64,000 nt of DNA from Narcine bancroftii (taxonomy: Eukaryota), in the NCBI RefSeq assembly GCF_036971445.1, contig NC_091473.1, positions 205,096,001-205,160,000 on the forward strand, in the 5' to 3' direction. Each line of letters begins with the position of its first letter. Within the stretch, counting starts at the first letter, position 1. This document shows, piece by piece, positions 1 through 13,600 of this stretch. Both the position numbers and the translations under genes were made by a program. The notes beneath the pieces were generated by a model, which worked only from the letters and a program-made list of their open reading frames with translations, was not told where the DNA came from and did no database searches.

Positions 1-830
1 TTTAACTTTTTTATTAGATTCTTCTAATTTCTCTTTTGTCCTCTACTTCCATTTCTACGGCTGTTTCTCATTCTTCCACCTTATCCACTCTTTTTCCTAT
101 ATCTGACATGACCATCTCTAATCTATTCATTTTTTCTTCTGTACTTTTAATTCTTCTTTTTATTTCACTAAATTCTTGTGATTGCCATTCTTTTACTGAT
201 TCCATATATTCTTTAAAAAGTATATATCCATTGTCTTGCCTTTCCCTTCTTCTTCCATTTCTCTGTGTTCTTCTTCTTCTTCTTCCTCTGGGTTGGTCAT
301 CTGTTGTTTCCTTGTTTTCTTTTTACTCTCTTCTTTCTTGTTCTCGTTGTTTTCTATGTTCTCTTCTTGTTGTTGTGTTGTAGCTGTCATTCTCAGCTGT
401 GGAGATCGACTCCTCAGCAGGTCCCCCCTCCCGTCAGTGTTTTTTTGTCATACGCGTCGCGCATGCGCGACTCCTCTCGCATGCGCGACTCCTCTCGCAT
501 GCGCGGTTGCGCACTTTTACTTGGCTCCGCGAGCCATTTTTGTAGTCCCAAGCTCGGGACTTCGACTGACCTTAGGGAACGGGCTTCTCTCTTCGCGGCG
601 GGCCTCCTCGGACAGGTAAGGCCTTCACCTTCTTCTTCCAACGTTTTTTCTTCTTCTCTTCTTCCCGTTGCTTTCAACTTTTCTTTCTTCGCTGCCATTT
701 TCTTCCCACCTTTACTTTCACTTTATTTTAATTTTTATGTTTGTGCCTTTGCGTTTTATGTGTTTTTTTTAAACTTTTCCGGAGAGGGCTGGAGTTCGCC
801 GACCGGCCACTACTCCATCACGTGACTCCT
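1..830 (-). mobile_element. L1-like LINE 5' end (5'UTR and interrupted ORF1), runs off window
   Basis: CpG-rich 5' end near 830; Glu/Lys-rich coiled-coil-like ORF1 from 698 with stop. Confidence 0.65.
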
Positions 831-834
831 CTCA

Positions 835-1400
835 CACTCTGTCCACCTTAACGCAGATATGCCAACTATTCATACTGGCAACAAATGCAGGCAGGAATGC
901 ACACCGTTCCCCTGAACACAGGTACGCAAACTGTTCACACCCACCTCAAACGCAGGCAGGGGTGCACTCCATCCACCTGAACACAGGAATCCACTGTTCA
1001 AACCCACCTCAAATGTGGGCAGGGACACACTCCATCCACCTGAACGCAGATATGCAAACTGTTCATTCCAGCAACAAACGCGGGCAGGAACGCACACCGT
1101 TTATCTGAACATTGGTACTCAAACTGTTCACACCTGCCTCAAATGTGGGCAGGGACAAACTCCATCCACCTGAACGCAGATACGCAAACTGTTCATACCC
1201 CCACAAACACAGGCAGGGATGCACTCCGTCCACCTGAACACAGATACGCAAACTGTTCATACCGGCAACAAACGTGGACAGGTATGCACACTGTCCAGCT
1301 GAATGCAGCAACACAAACTGTTCACAGTCACCACAAAGGCAGGCATGGACGCAAACGGCCACCTCAAGGAATGAACTCAAACAGTCCACCTGAATACAAA
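835..1400. repeat. About 60-bp minisatellite
   Basis: Recurring aaactgttca..gcagg..tccacctgaac. Confidence 0.85.
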
Positions 1401-1658
1401 CCTTTCCCTCCGACACTCATATTTTCCACTGGGGAAGGGATAAGTCGGGAGAGAATTAAATCGCGCTCTCTCTCTCGCCGTCTCTCTCACTTGCCATCCC
1501 TCACACTTGCTCTACCTCGGTATCCTGATGCCCCTCTTCATGTGACTCTCTCCCCCTCCCTGTGTTTCTGCCTTTTGCTCCACCTGCCTCTTTACCTCGC
1601 AATGTCTCTCTCATTCTCTTCTTCCCTGTGGCTCTATTCCTCTCTCTCCCTCCCTATC

Positions 1659-1660
<2 letters not shown>

Positions 1661-1729
<69 letters not shown>
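1661..1729. repeat. (TG)n microsatellite
   Basis: Perfect TG run. Confidence 0.98.
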
Positions 1730-1730
<1 letters not shown>

Positions 1731-2129
1731 GCTCTCTCTCCTCCCCCCCCAATCTGCCTCTCATTCTCTTTCTCTCTCCCTCTCCCTCTTTCTCCCCGTC
1801 TCTCCGCATTGGCGTTTGTACCTCGTACGCTGCTGGATAATCGCAGTGCTGGGTTTAGACTTGGTGAGGCCTTAAACTACGTAAAGCTGAGAGGCCCCCC
1901 TTGTTAAAAAAAATTATGCCAGAAGATCTCACAACCCTTGAAAAAAAAATTAAAATTTAAAAATAAAATAATTTAAAAAAAAATAAAAAAAAATAATATA
2001 TATATATATATAATTAATTACAAAATTTTGAAAATTTTAAAAGCCTCCCCAAAAATTCTGAATTAATTTTGAGGCCCCTGTGTTTTGCTTTATTTATGCC
2101 TTGTAGAGAACCCCTCTCTGCAACTGGAC

Positions 2130-3000
2130 CCCGAACTTGTTGATTGAAATACCAACTGCCTGTCTGCGTTGGTGGCAAGACCTCAAGGCCCATGACACCG
2201 AGCACTGGCACGTCACAAGACCGCATGCTTAGCCGTCTGCTGTTCACTCTGCTAACTCGCAGCTGGACTGCCAGGTTTGGCTCCAACAGAATCATCAGGT
2301 CTGTGGCTGGCACAACACTCGCTGGCCTCATTGGCGGGAGACCGATGGGCTTGAGCTGCGGTGCAAGAGCAACAACTTGAGCCTCAGCGTGGACGACACA
2401 TAAAGGAGATGATTCAGGAGCATGAAGGACCCACTCCCCACTCCATCGCGGAGAAAGCAGGGAGCACCACGTTCCTTCGCGTCCTTTTAAAGGACGACTC
2501 ATCCTGCACCTCCTCATTAGCCAGGAAGGCAAGGCTACTGGTCACTTTGCTAGCAGCCCAACAGACAGTGTCCTGGCCGGCTGCATCATAGTGTGGTATG
2601 GTGGCTGCAAAGCATCAGATTGGAGGTCAGTACACAGGATGATTCAAACTGCTGAGAAGACCACTGGGGTCTCCCGTCCCTCCATCGACGATATCTACAA
2701 GGAGCGGGGCTTAAAGGGGGCACTGAGGACCCTTATCATCTTTAAGGAAGGGGTACAAGGGCATCAAAACCAGGACTGCCCGGCTGTGAAACAGCTTCTT
2801 CCCGCAGTGGCAAGACGGTTGAACAATCCTAGCAAGCTGCAAATTAATTTTTTAATATATTTATGCAGTTTGTCCGCAGGGTGTCCATCTTTACCTCGGG
2901 CGAGACTTGCTGAGTTACTCTTGCATTACTGTGTTTTTAACTCGGGTGTTCTGTGTGTGTGCACTCTGCTCCAGAGGATCGTTGTTTTGTCGAGTTGTAT
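2130..3000 (+). mobile_element. Decayed Rex1/Babar-like LINE 3' part (tail resumes 3454-3475)
   Basis: RT-like relics (LSxLLFTLLT, WYGGCKASDW) and aataaacttgaact tail. Confidence 0.55.
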
Positions 3001-3008
3001 ATGTATAT

Positions 3009-3443
3009 GCACTGGGTGGGTCACGTCTCCAGAATGGAAGACCATCGCCTTCCCAAGATCGTGTTATATGGCGAGCTCTCCATTGGCCACCGTGACAGAG
3101 GTGCACCAAAGAAAAGGTACAAGGACTGCCTAAAGAAATCTCTTGGTGCCTGCCACATTGACCACCGCCAGTGGGCTGATATCGCCTCAAACCGTGCATC
3201 TTGGCGTCTCACAGTTTGGCGGGCAGCAACCTCCTTTGAAAAAGACCGCAGAGCCCACCTCTGACAAAAGGCAAAGGAGGAAAAACCCAACACCCAACCC
3301 CAACCAACCAATTTTCCCCTGCAACCGCTGCAACCGTGTCTGCCTGTCCCGCATCGGACTTGTCAGCCACAAACGAGCCTGCAGCTGACATGGACATTTA
3401 CCCCCTCCATAAATCTTCGTCCGCGAAGCCAAGCCAAAGAAGA
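3009..3443 (+). mobile_element. RTE LINE 3' fragment with 10-bp TSD ATATGTATAT
   Basis: [15 protein letters not shown]...GRDRG-like C-terminus plus zinc finger; (AAG)n tail; TSD at 2999-3008 and 3444-3453. Confidence 0.9.
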
Positions 3444-4487
3444 ATATGTATATCACACAACAATAAACTTGAACTCTCTAGCCCCATCTCTTTCCATCTC
3501 CCTGTCTCACTCCTGTCTCTTTCTCCCTAGTCTCTCTCTCTCCCGTTTCTCTTTCCTCCTGTCTCTCTCTCTATCCCCATCAGTCTCCCCCTCCCTGTTA
3601 CTTTTCTCTCTCTATCCATCTCCTCTGTCTCTCTCCCTCTATGTCTCTCTCTTTATCTCTTTCCCTGCCTGTCTCTATCTTTCTCTGCTCTGTCCGTGTG
3701 ACTTTCTCTCCCCATCTTGCTCTCCGTCTCTTTTGTCCCTTTCTGTCCCTCTCCCTCTTTGCCTGTCTCACACTCTCTCTCCCCACCTGTCTCTCTCTTT
3801 CTCCATCGCCCTCCCCCTGTCTCCCTCTGAATCTCAACTGTCTCCCTCAGAATCTCTCCCCCTCCATCTCCCCAACTCTCTCCCATCCTCTCTGTTTGTC
3901 TCTCGCTCCCATCTCTCTCCCCCATAACTCTCTTTCTGCCCTCTCTCTCTCCTGGTCTCTGTCCTTGTCCGTCTCCCCCTCCGACTGTCTCTCTTTCTCT
4001 TCCCGTCTCTTTATCTCTTCCCTTGCCTATCCTACTCTGCCCAACTCTCTCCACATGACTCGCTCCATCTCCACCTGTCACACACCTGTCTATCTCCTTC
4101 TCGCGCTTTCCCTGTCTCTCAACATCTCTTTTGTCTCATTTCCTCCAAAACTCTGTTTCCCTCGATCTCTCTTGCTCTGACTCTCCCTCACTCACTCTCT
4201 CCTACCCTCTGCATATGTATCTCTCCCACTCTCTCCCTCCATTTTTCACTCCTGTCTCACATTCTCTCTGTATCTCTATCTTTATCTCTTTCCCTAACGT
4301 CTCGTTGTCTCTCCCTCCCTCTCTCCTTCTGTCTCTCTCTCCTTCTCCTTCCATCTCCCTCTGTTGCCATAATGAACCAATCACCACCAGGTCGTGGCAC
4401 CATCACTCTGTGGAGGCTGGGTGTAGACGGAGGGGGTTTGGGGGGGGGGGGTGAGGTGGGGGTGTAGTCGAACGCTGCGCGTCTTAC

Positions 4488-4601
4488 TTGGCCAAGGCCA
4501 ACAACTCCCGCTCCTTCACCTCCTGCTTCAGCTCCGCCAGGTGGAATTTTGCTTCCTCCGACTCGGCGCAAAAGTCCGACCTCCACTGGTCCGGAATCGA
4601 T
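4488..4601 (-). CDS. TEP1: TEP1 exon ([28 protein letters not shown]...), last exon visible
   Basis: gacag|/|GTAAGA boundaries, phase 2-2. Confidence 0.92.
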
Positions 4602-7600
4602 CTGTCCCAACAGGTGGCAAGGAAAAATGGCCTCAGCAATTCTTTGTGCAGGACTATGATTCAAGAAGCAATTCCTGTTCCCATATCTACTCCTAATGGA
4701 TCACCACTCCTTCCCATCCACTCCCACTCTCCACATTCCCAACGGCCCCTACCTCTTCCCATTCACTCCCACTGTCCACATTCCCAATGATCCCCACCCC
4801 TTCCCATTCACTCCCAGTGTCCACATTCCCAATGGATTCTCACCTCTTCCCATTCACTCCCACTGTCGACATTCCCAATGATCCCCACCCATTCCCATTC
4901 ACTCCCACTGTCCACATTCCAATGGGTCCATCCCCTTCACTCCCTCTGTCCACATTCTCAATGGCCCCCCACCTCTTCCCATTCACTCCCAGTCCATATT
5001 CCCAATGGATTCTCATCTCTTCCCATTTACTCCTACTGTCAACATTCCCAATGATCCCCACCCCTCCCTATTCACTCCCACTGTCCACATTCCCAATGAT
5101 CCCCACCCCTTCCCATTCACTCTCACTGTCCACATTCTCAATGGCCCCAGAGATACCCATCACTGGGCTGAGCTCTGTCCCACCTCAGCACAGCTGGGTC
5201 CCTTGTGTAGACGAAGCAGGACTGCCTGGGGTTGTCCGCGTTCTGCCTCAGGAACTGTTTCAATTCCAACTCCGTGACCGAGCGGCCCTTGGGGTAGTCC
5301 TTGACCTAGAGGGATGGGTGGGAAGAACAGAGAGACAGTGGGTGGCTCTTACCCCACCACTCTTAGGGATCTTGGACCCCACCTCAGTGGGAGAAGGAAG
5401 CATAATCACTCCCCATCCCCATCTCAAACAGATTAGCCCCTTATTCTAAGACAGTGACATCACCCCTTAATCTAAGACAGTGACATCCCCCCCTCCAGTC
5501 ATAATGATGCCCGACCATTCAGGAGCAAGAGAGAACATAGAACTGCAGAGTACAGGCTTACAACATTGTGCTGATGTTTATTAACGGTCTGTAAAAATCT
5601 CACTCTTCCCTCCCTCACACCCATAATCCACATGCCTGTTCATGAGTCTTCTGAATGCCCTTATTAGACCAGTCACCACCATTACCACCCACCCCCCCCC
5701 CCCACCCCCGGCAATGCATTCCTGGCACCCACCACCCTCTGCATTAAAAAAGGACTTACCTCTTACGTATCCTCTAAACTTCCATTCCTCACCTTAAGCA
5801 GATGTCCTCTGATATTTGCTATTGTCAACCTAGGGAAAAAAGGTGCTGGATGCCCCACCTGATCTAAGTCCCTTGTAATCTTATACAACCCTAAGTTGCC
5901 TTTTATCCTTCATTGGTCCAAAAAGAAAAGTCCCATCTCCAGCAACATTACCTCACTTCCCCCCGACTCATGAGGGCCAACACACCACACGCCTTCTTCG
6001 CCACCCCATCAACTTTGAGAGATCTATGGACCTTGACCCAAAGATCTCACGCCTTCTTCGCCACCCCATCAACCTTGAGAGATCTATGGACCTTGACCCA
6101 AAGATCTCACGCCTTCTTCGCCACCCCATCAACCTTGAGAGATCTATGGACCATGACTCAAAGATCTTGTGGTTCCTCCACGCTGTTAAAATCCCACCAT
6201 TAACCATGACTTGATCTTCCAAAATGCATCACTTCACACTTATCCATCTGCCATTTCTCCCCTCAACTCTGCAACCTTTGTGTCAACTGCAAACTTACTG
6301 ACCTACACCTCCGCTTTATAAAAAGGTGTCCCTAGATAGGTGGAACAGACGTATCTGTTGCCAGTCACGACTTCCAAACGTCAGATGATCTGAGATGACC
6401 GCAGGATCCAGGGCTACTGGGGAAATGGGTCAAGGAGTGACAGATGGAGTCTTACTGGGACATGGGCAAGGTGTCGCACCTTGAGTGGCAGGACTTGTGC
6501 AGTAAATGGGGAGGCCCAGAGAGTGGTGTGGTTCTGGGGAGTGGAGGAGGGGGGAAGGTGGAGGGGACAACAGGTGCATCGTTTTCCGACAGTGGGGACA
6601 TTGGGTGATGAAGGAGGCGTTTGTCCTGCCTGCCTTCACCGGTCGGGGGCACGGAGTCCAGGAGCTGGGATGTTTCATCACGGCTGAACAAGAGGAGGGT
6701 GAGATCGCAGTGTACACAGTTCCAGTCTCCTGGCTGTAAGAAGGACGTTACTGAGCCAGGGGCGGATGGACATTCCTGGGGGGGAGGGGGGAATGGTTCA
6801 GGTTATTTTTAAATTTAGATTTAGATTTAAATGTAGGCATACAACACCATAAGAGTCCATTTTGGCCCACGAGTCTGTGTCACCCAATTTACACCCAATT
6901 AACCTACACCTCCGGTACATTTCTAATGGTAGGAGGAAACTGGAGCCCCCGGGGAAAACTCACACAGACATGGGGAGAACGTACAAACTCCTTCCAGACA
7001 GAGCAGGATTCAAAGCCCGGTCCTGACCGCTGGCACTGTAAGGGCGTTGTGCTGACCGCCACACCAACCGTGCTGCCCTACGAGAAGATGGAGAGGCTGG
7101 GACATTTCTCCATAGAATGACAGGCTGAGGTGGGGGGATCCTCAGAGAGGTTTATAAAATCAGGTCTAAAACCTGATGGCAGTGGATTAAGGTGAAAGAA
7201 GGGAGATGCAATGGAACCTGAGGGGGTCAACTTATTCAGACAGAAGGTGGTGGTGGGAGGGTGGGATGAGCTGCTGGAAGAAGGGGTAGAGGGGCTGAGG
7301 GAGAAATAACCCTGGTGCAAAGACATGTGGATGGGGACATGGGGAGGGAAGGTTTGGAGAGGGAGGCAAGATGAACATAGTGAAACGTGACCAGCTCAGG
7401 GAGAGAACTTGGGAAAGGTAAGGATGAAGAGCCTGGACTGGACATTCCCCCCCCCACCCAGCAGCAGCGCCCTCACCCACTGGAAGTGTGGCAGATCCGG
7501 CAGCGAGTAGTCGACCGGGATGTGTCCGTAGCGTTCTCCCAGGAGAAGCAGGAAGAGTTGGCAGCGGGAGACCTCAGACAGGCAGAGCTCCAGCTGCCTG

Positions 7601-10600
7601 CAGAGTAGGGGTGGGGGGCAAAGAGAGAGAAAAAAATGTTAGCCCTGGTGGAAGTGAGAGGGAGGAAGGGAATGGGGAAAGGGGAGGGGAGAACAGGGAA
7701 AGAGAGGTGGGGAGGAGAGAAGGAGAGGGGGGAGAGTCAGGAAAGAATGAGGGGAGGGGAGAGGGATGAGAGGATGGGGAGGGGAAGGGGAGAGCAAAGA
7801 CAGGATGAGGAGAAATGGAGACAGGGGGAGAGGGGGGAAGGAGGGGAGAGAGGAGAGCAAGGACAGAAAGAGGGGAAGGGGAGAATGAGGGGGAGAGGAA
7901 GGAGAGAGGGAAGATGAGCAATGACAGAATGAGGGAAAGGGGAGGAGAGGGGAGAAGGGGTGATGGGGAAAGGGAAAGGAGAATGAGGGAAAGGGGAAAG
8001 GGAGGGGGAGAAGAAAAGGAATGAGGAGAGGATGAGAGCGAGGACAATGAGTGGGAAGGGGAGAGCAAGGAGAGAATGAGGGGAAGGGGAGAGGGAGGGG
8101 AATCAGAGGTGAGGGGTGACAGTGGAGGTTGAGGGGAGACAGAGGGAAAAGCCCTGGAACTCCCAAGCAGAGGGTCAGGGCAAGGTCATGTCCCCCCAGG
8201 AAGGAGAGTCGGTGCGTGGTCGTTACTGCTCTAAAGGTGACTGAAGTTAGTTGTAACCGCCCCATCGGGAGGGAGTTGGGGAAAATTCAGAACCTGGGGG
8301 TAGGCCGTAGATTGAAGACACCCACCTGTTCCCGCGGGACTCCTCCTCGGTGATGCCCCAGCGCAGGTCAATCTCGCGCAGGTGGATGGCGTGCCGAGCA
8401 GCCCGAGCCCGCAGCTCCGGGAAGACAGAGCCAACCAGCAGGTCCCGCTCACTCTGCATGTCCCGGAACGTGGACGAGACAAAGACCCGGACTGTCCACC
8501 ACCTGTTGGCAGAGTGAGGGGCGGACAGTCAGGGACAAGGAGAGGATGGTCCGATGAGAGAGCGTGGGTCGGAGCGCATGATGCAACGGAGGATTGGGTC
8601 GGAGGCATGGAGAGGGAATGTCTGACGGGGCCAGCACAGGATAGAGCGAAGGACAAGCACAGCCCAGTACAGGACGGAGTATGGGCCAGCGCAAAATGCA
8701 GCCACAGGGTGGAGCACAGACCAGCCCAGGTGGGTCGGACGGATCCAGGAAAGTGGGGCAAGGGGAGATGAGGCAGTGAAGGAGGGGTTCGTCACGCCTG
8801 CCTTCACCGGTCATGGCCACTGAGTCCAGGTGCTGGGACATCCCATCTCCACTGGAAAAAAGGTGGGTGAGACCGTGCTCAGAGTACTGCGTGCAGCTCA
8901 GGTCTCCCGGCTCCAAGAACGATGGAGGTGGGGTGGGGAGAATGCAGGCAAAGATTTGTCAGAACATCCCCAGGGACTGTAGGGGACTCGGGTGACAAGT
9001 AGAGGCTGTGGTGTTTCTCCGTAGACCTGAAAGAGGTTTATAAAATCAGGAGGGGCGTGGATAAGGACAACAGTCACAGTCTTTTCCCTCACTGGGGTTC
9101 CAGGAGTCAAAAGCCAGAGGCCACGGGTTTAAGGTAGAAGAGGTGAGAATAAGGGTGTGTGGGACGAGCTGCCAGAGGAAGGGTTAAGGTTTAGAGGATA
9201 CTGGACAGGAGGAGAGGGGCAACAAAGGCTGAGGTGGATGTTGGGCCAGAGGGCTTTTTCCGCGGAGTTCATTTTGGGGAGTACCTGAGCGTGGGGGAAT
9301 GAATAATGTCGCCCAGGCCGGAGGCCTCTCTGTCCCCGGGAATATGGCTACCATCCTTGGGTTTGGGGAGGTGGAAGATGTCGTCCATCCTGTTCACGTG
9401 GTTGAGCAGACGGCTGGATCCACGCTCACACAGGAACCTTCATGGAGCAGACACCAGCTCAGACAGGACCAACTCCCCTTCCGCATACCTCCTCCAGAGA
9501 CACAGCATGAAGCTCCCTCCAGACCATCCCGAAACACTCATCAGGGAGACAGAGTGAAGCTCTCTCCGTACCTGCCTGTTACCCACTCCCAGGGACAGAC
9601 ACACAGTGTAGCACCCTCCACACCTGCCCCAGAGACACAGAGTGAAGCTCCCTCAGTACCTTTCTGTCACACATTCTTCAGGGGCAGATACAGAATGAAG
9701 CACCCATTGCAACATCCCATCACACACTCCCCCAGGGACATGGAATGAAGTTTCTTTTGCACCGTCCCATCACCAACTCCCAGGGACAGTCAGAGTGAAG
9801 CTCCTTCCACACAGTCCCATCACACACTCCTAGGGACAGACACAGAGTGAAGCTCCTTCCACACCATCCTATCATACACTCCCGGGGACAGACACAGAGT
9901 GAAGCTCCCTCTGCACTGTCCCATTAAACATTCCCGGGGACAGACTCAGTGTGAAGCTCCTTCCGCACCATCCCATCACACACTCCTGGGGACAGACAGA
10001 GATTGAAGCTCATTCCACACCGTTCTATCACACATTCCCGGGGACAGACACAGTGTGAAGCTCCCTCCGCACTGTCTCGTCACACACTCCTGGGGACAGA
10101 CACAGAGTGAAGCTCGTTCCACACACTTTCATCACACATTCCCGGAGACAGACTCAGTGTGAAGCTCCCTCCACATCGTCCCATCACACACTCCAGGGGC
10201 CAGACACAGAGTGAAGCTCCTTCCACACCATCCGATCACACACTCCCGGGGACAGACAGAGAGTGAAGCTCCTTCCACATCAAACATTCCTGGGGATGGT
10301 GTAATGTAGATAAATATTGGGAGAATTTGGTAAAATTAGAGTAGGTTACATATCTTCTTCTTTGGCTTGGCTTCGCGGACGAAGATTTATGGAGGGGTAA
10401 TGTCCACGTCAGCTGCAGGCTCGTTTGTGGCTGACAAGTCCGATGCGGGACAGGCAGACACGGTTGCAGCGGTTGCAGGGGAAAATTGGTTGGTTGGGGT
10501 TGGGTGTTGGGTTTTTCCTCCTTTGTCTTTTGTCAGTGAGGTGGGCTCTGCGGTCTTCTTCAAAGGAGGTTGCTGCCCGCCGAACTGTGAGGCGCCAAGA

Positions 10601-13600
10601 TGCACGGTTTGAGGCGATATCAGCCCACTGGCAGTGGTCAATGTGGCAGGCACCAAGAGATTTCTTTAGGCAGTCCTTGTACCTCTTCTTTGGTGCACCT
10701 CTGTCTCGGTGGCCAGTGGAGAGCTCGCCATATAACATGATCTTAGGAAGGCGATGGTCCTCCATTCTGGAGACGTGACCTACCCAGAGCAGTTGGATCT
10801 TCAGCAGCGTAGATTTGATGCTGTCAGCCTCTGCCATCTCGAGTACTTCGATGTTGGAGATGAAGTCGCTCCAATGAATGTTGAGGATGGAGCGGAGACG
10901 ACGCTGGTGGAAGCGTTCTAGGAGCTGTAGGTGATGCCGGTAGAGGACCCATGATTCGGAGCCGAACAGGAGTGTGGGTATGACAACGGCTCTGTATACG
11001 CTAATCTTTGTGAGGTTTTTCAGTTGGTTGTTTTTCCAGACTCTTTTGTGTAGTCTTCCAAAGGCGCTATTTGCCTTGGTGAGTCTGTTGTCTATCTCGT
11101 TGTCGATCCTTGTATCCGATGAAATGGTGCAGCCGAGATAGGTAAACTGGTTGACCGTTTTGAGTTTTGTGTTCCCGATGGAGATGTGGGGGGGCTGGCT
11201 GATGGAGGACCTCAGTTTTCTTCAGGCTGACTTCCAGGCCAAACATTTTGGCAGTTTCCGCAAAACAGGACGTCAAGCGCTGAAGAGCTGGCTCTGAATG
11301 GGCAACTAAAGCGGCATCGTCTGCAAAGAGTAGTTCACGGACAAGTTGCTCTTGTGTCTTGGTGTGAGCTTGCAGGTGCCTCAGATTGAAGAGACTGCCA
11401 TCCGTGCGGTACCGGATGTAAACTGCGTCTTCATTGTTGGTCTTTCATGGCTTGTTTCAGCATCAAGCTGAAGAAGATTGAAAAGAGGGTTGGTGCGAGA
11501 ACGCAGCCTTGCTTCACGCCATTGTTAATGGAGAAGGGTTCAGAGAACTCATTGCTGTATCTGACCCGATCTTGTTGGTTTTCGTGCAGTTGGATAACCA
11601 TGTTGAGGAACTTTGGGGGGGCATACGAGGCACTCTAGTATTTGCCAAAGCCCTTTCCTGCTCACGGCGTCGAAGGCTTTGGTGAGGTCAACAAAGGTGA
11701 TGTAGAGTCCTTTGTTTTGTTCTCTGCACTTTTCTTGGAGCTGTCTGAGGGCAAAGACCATGTCAGTATTTCCTCTGTTTGCGCGAAAGCCGCACTGTGA
11801 TTCTGGGAGAACATTCTCGGCGAGACTAGGTATTATTCTATTTAGGAGAATCCTAGCGAAGATTTTGCCTGCAATGGAGAGCAGCGTGATATCCCCGTAG
11901 TTTGAGCAGTCTGATTTCTCGCCTTTGTTTTTGTACAGGGTGATGATGATGGCATCATGAAGGTCCTGAGGCAGCTTTCCTTGGTCCCAGCAGAGCTTGA
12001 AAAACTCATGCAGTTTGGTATGCAGAGTTTTGCCGCCAGGCTTCCAGACCTCTGGGGGGATTCCATCCATACCTGCTGCTTTGCCACTTTTCAGTTGTTC
12101 AGTTGCCTTATATGTCTCTTCCCGGGTGAGGACCTCATCCAGCTCTAGCCTTAGGGGCTGTTGAGGGAGCTGGAGCAGGGTGGATTCTTGGACTGAGCGG
12201 TTGGCACTGAAAAGAGATTGGAAGTGTTCTGACCATCGGTTGAGGATGTAGGAGGACTTTGCCGTCTGAGCTGCGCAGCGGGCTTTGGACTTGGGGTAGC
12301 CTCCAAGAACTCTACTGGTCCCAGAAAGAGGTTTAATGTTGGAAACTTGCAGTCAGACGAAGTGAGAGGAAACTTCCAGGCAAACCTCAAAGCAAAGCTC
12401 GAGGATGCAATCCGCCTCACGGACTCGTCCCCTGAAACCCTCTGGGATCAGCTGAAGACTGCCATACTGCAATCCACTGAAGAGGTACTGGGCTTCTCCT
12501 CCAGGAAAAACAAGGACTGCTTCGATGAAAACAACCAGGAAATCCAGGAGCTGCTGGCAAAGAAGCGAGCTGCCCACCAGGCTCACCTTGCAAAGCCGTC
12601 CTGGCCAGAGAAGAAACGAGCCTTCCGTCGCGCATGCAGCCATCTTCAGCGCAAACTCCGGGAGATCCAAAATGAGTGGTGGACTAGCCTCGCCAAACGA
12701 ACCCAGCTCAGTGCGGACATTGGCGACTTCAGGGGTTTTTACGAGGCTCTAAAGGCTGTGTACGTCCCCTCACCCGAAGTCCAACGTTACAAATATACAC
12801 ACTTTAAAACCGATCTTATTTGAAATACTTAAGAATTCATATTCAGTGAACTTTACAGAAACTATGGAGAATACTATACACATTCCACAAGGAGGTGTTA
12901 ATTGAAATGACGTTATAAAATGAATAGGCTATTGTCTTGGACTGGAGACACTTTGGCTATTTGCAAGGTTCTACAAAGTGTTCACAGAAAGGTCCCTCCT
13001 GGGTTCTTGTTTACCTAAAACAACAGATGGGAGCAAAAGACTAACTTCTATTGTTTGCTGGAGAAGGTGGGGGTTTGGTGGCAAGTGAGAGAACGAAGGA
13101 CATGTGGCTAGCAGTTTGATGAAGAGACTGAACAGTCACAGCTGAAGCAAGCAAGAAGCCTGTTGGAATTGAAACAGAAAGCTCCAGAGCAGCAGATGGC
13201 TGGAAGTACTATCTGTCTGATTCTCTTAGAATAAGTGGAACAGAAAGGAACTCTGTGATAGCCTGAAAGAAAAAGGTTATCATCTGGAGAACCCTGATGG
13301 GGAAAGTTTCATCAACAAGACATTGAGGTGACTAATGGTGGTACCTCAGTTGTGGAAATCCTGGAACAACAAATCTCTCTATGCAAATCTCCAAAGAACC
13401 TTCCTGAGCGGTAAACATTTATCTTTCGAGCACCAAAGCCTGGTCAACTTTATACATGTTAAATACTGTGCATGGTCTAAGAATTACCTGCAACCAGTGA
13501 ACTTGGAAGAATGAGAAGTGAGATTGAACTATGAACCAAAGAACTTTTTGTAAATTTACACACACATCATACATGTGCACTGAGAATTAGAAGGGGTTAG

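Noticed and set aside
3469-4454. Ser/Leu-rich ORFs
   Set aside because: Degenerate (CT)n tract; no TEP1-like exon found between 1 and 4487.
9490-10299. Regular repeats as a CRISPR array
   Set aside because: No unique spacers; eukaryotic intronic minisatellite.
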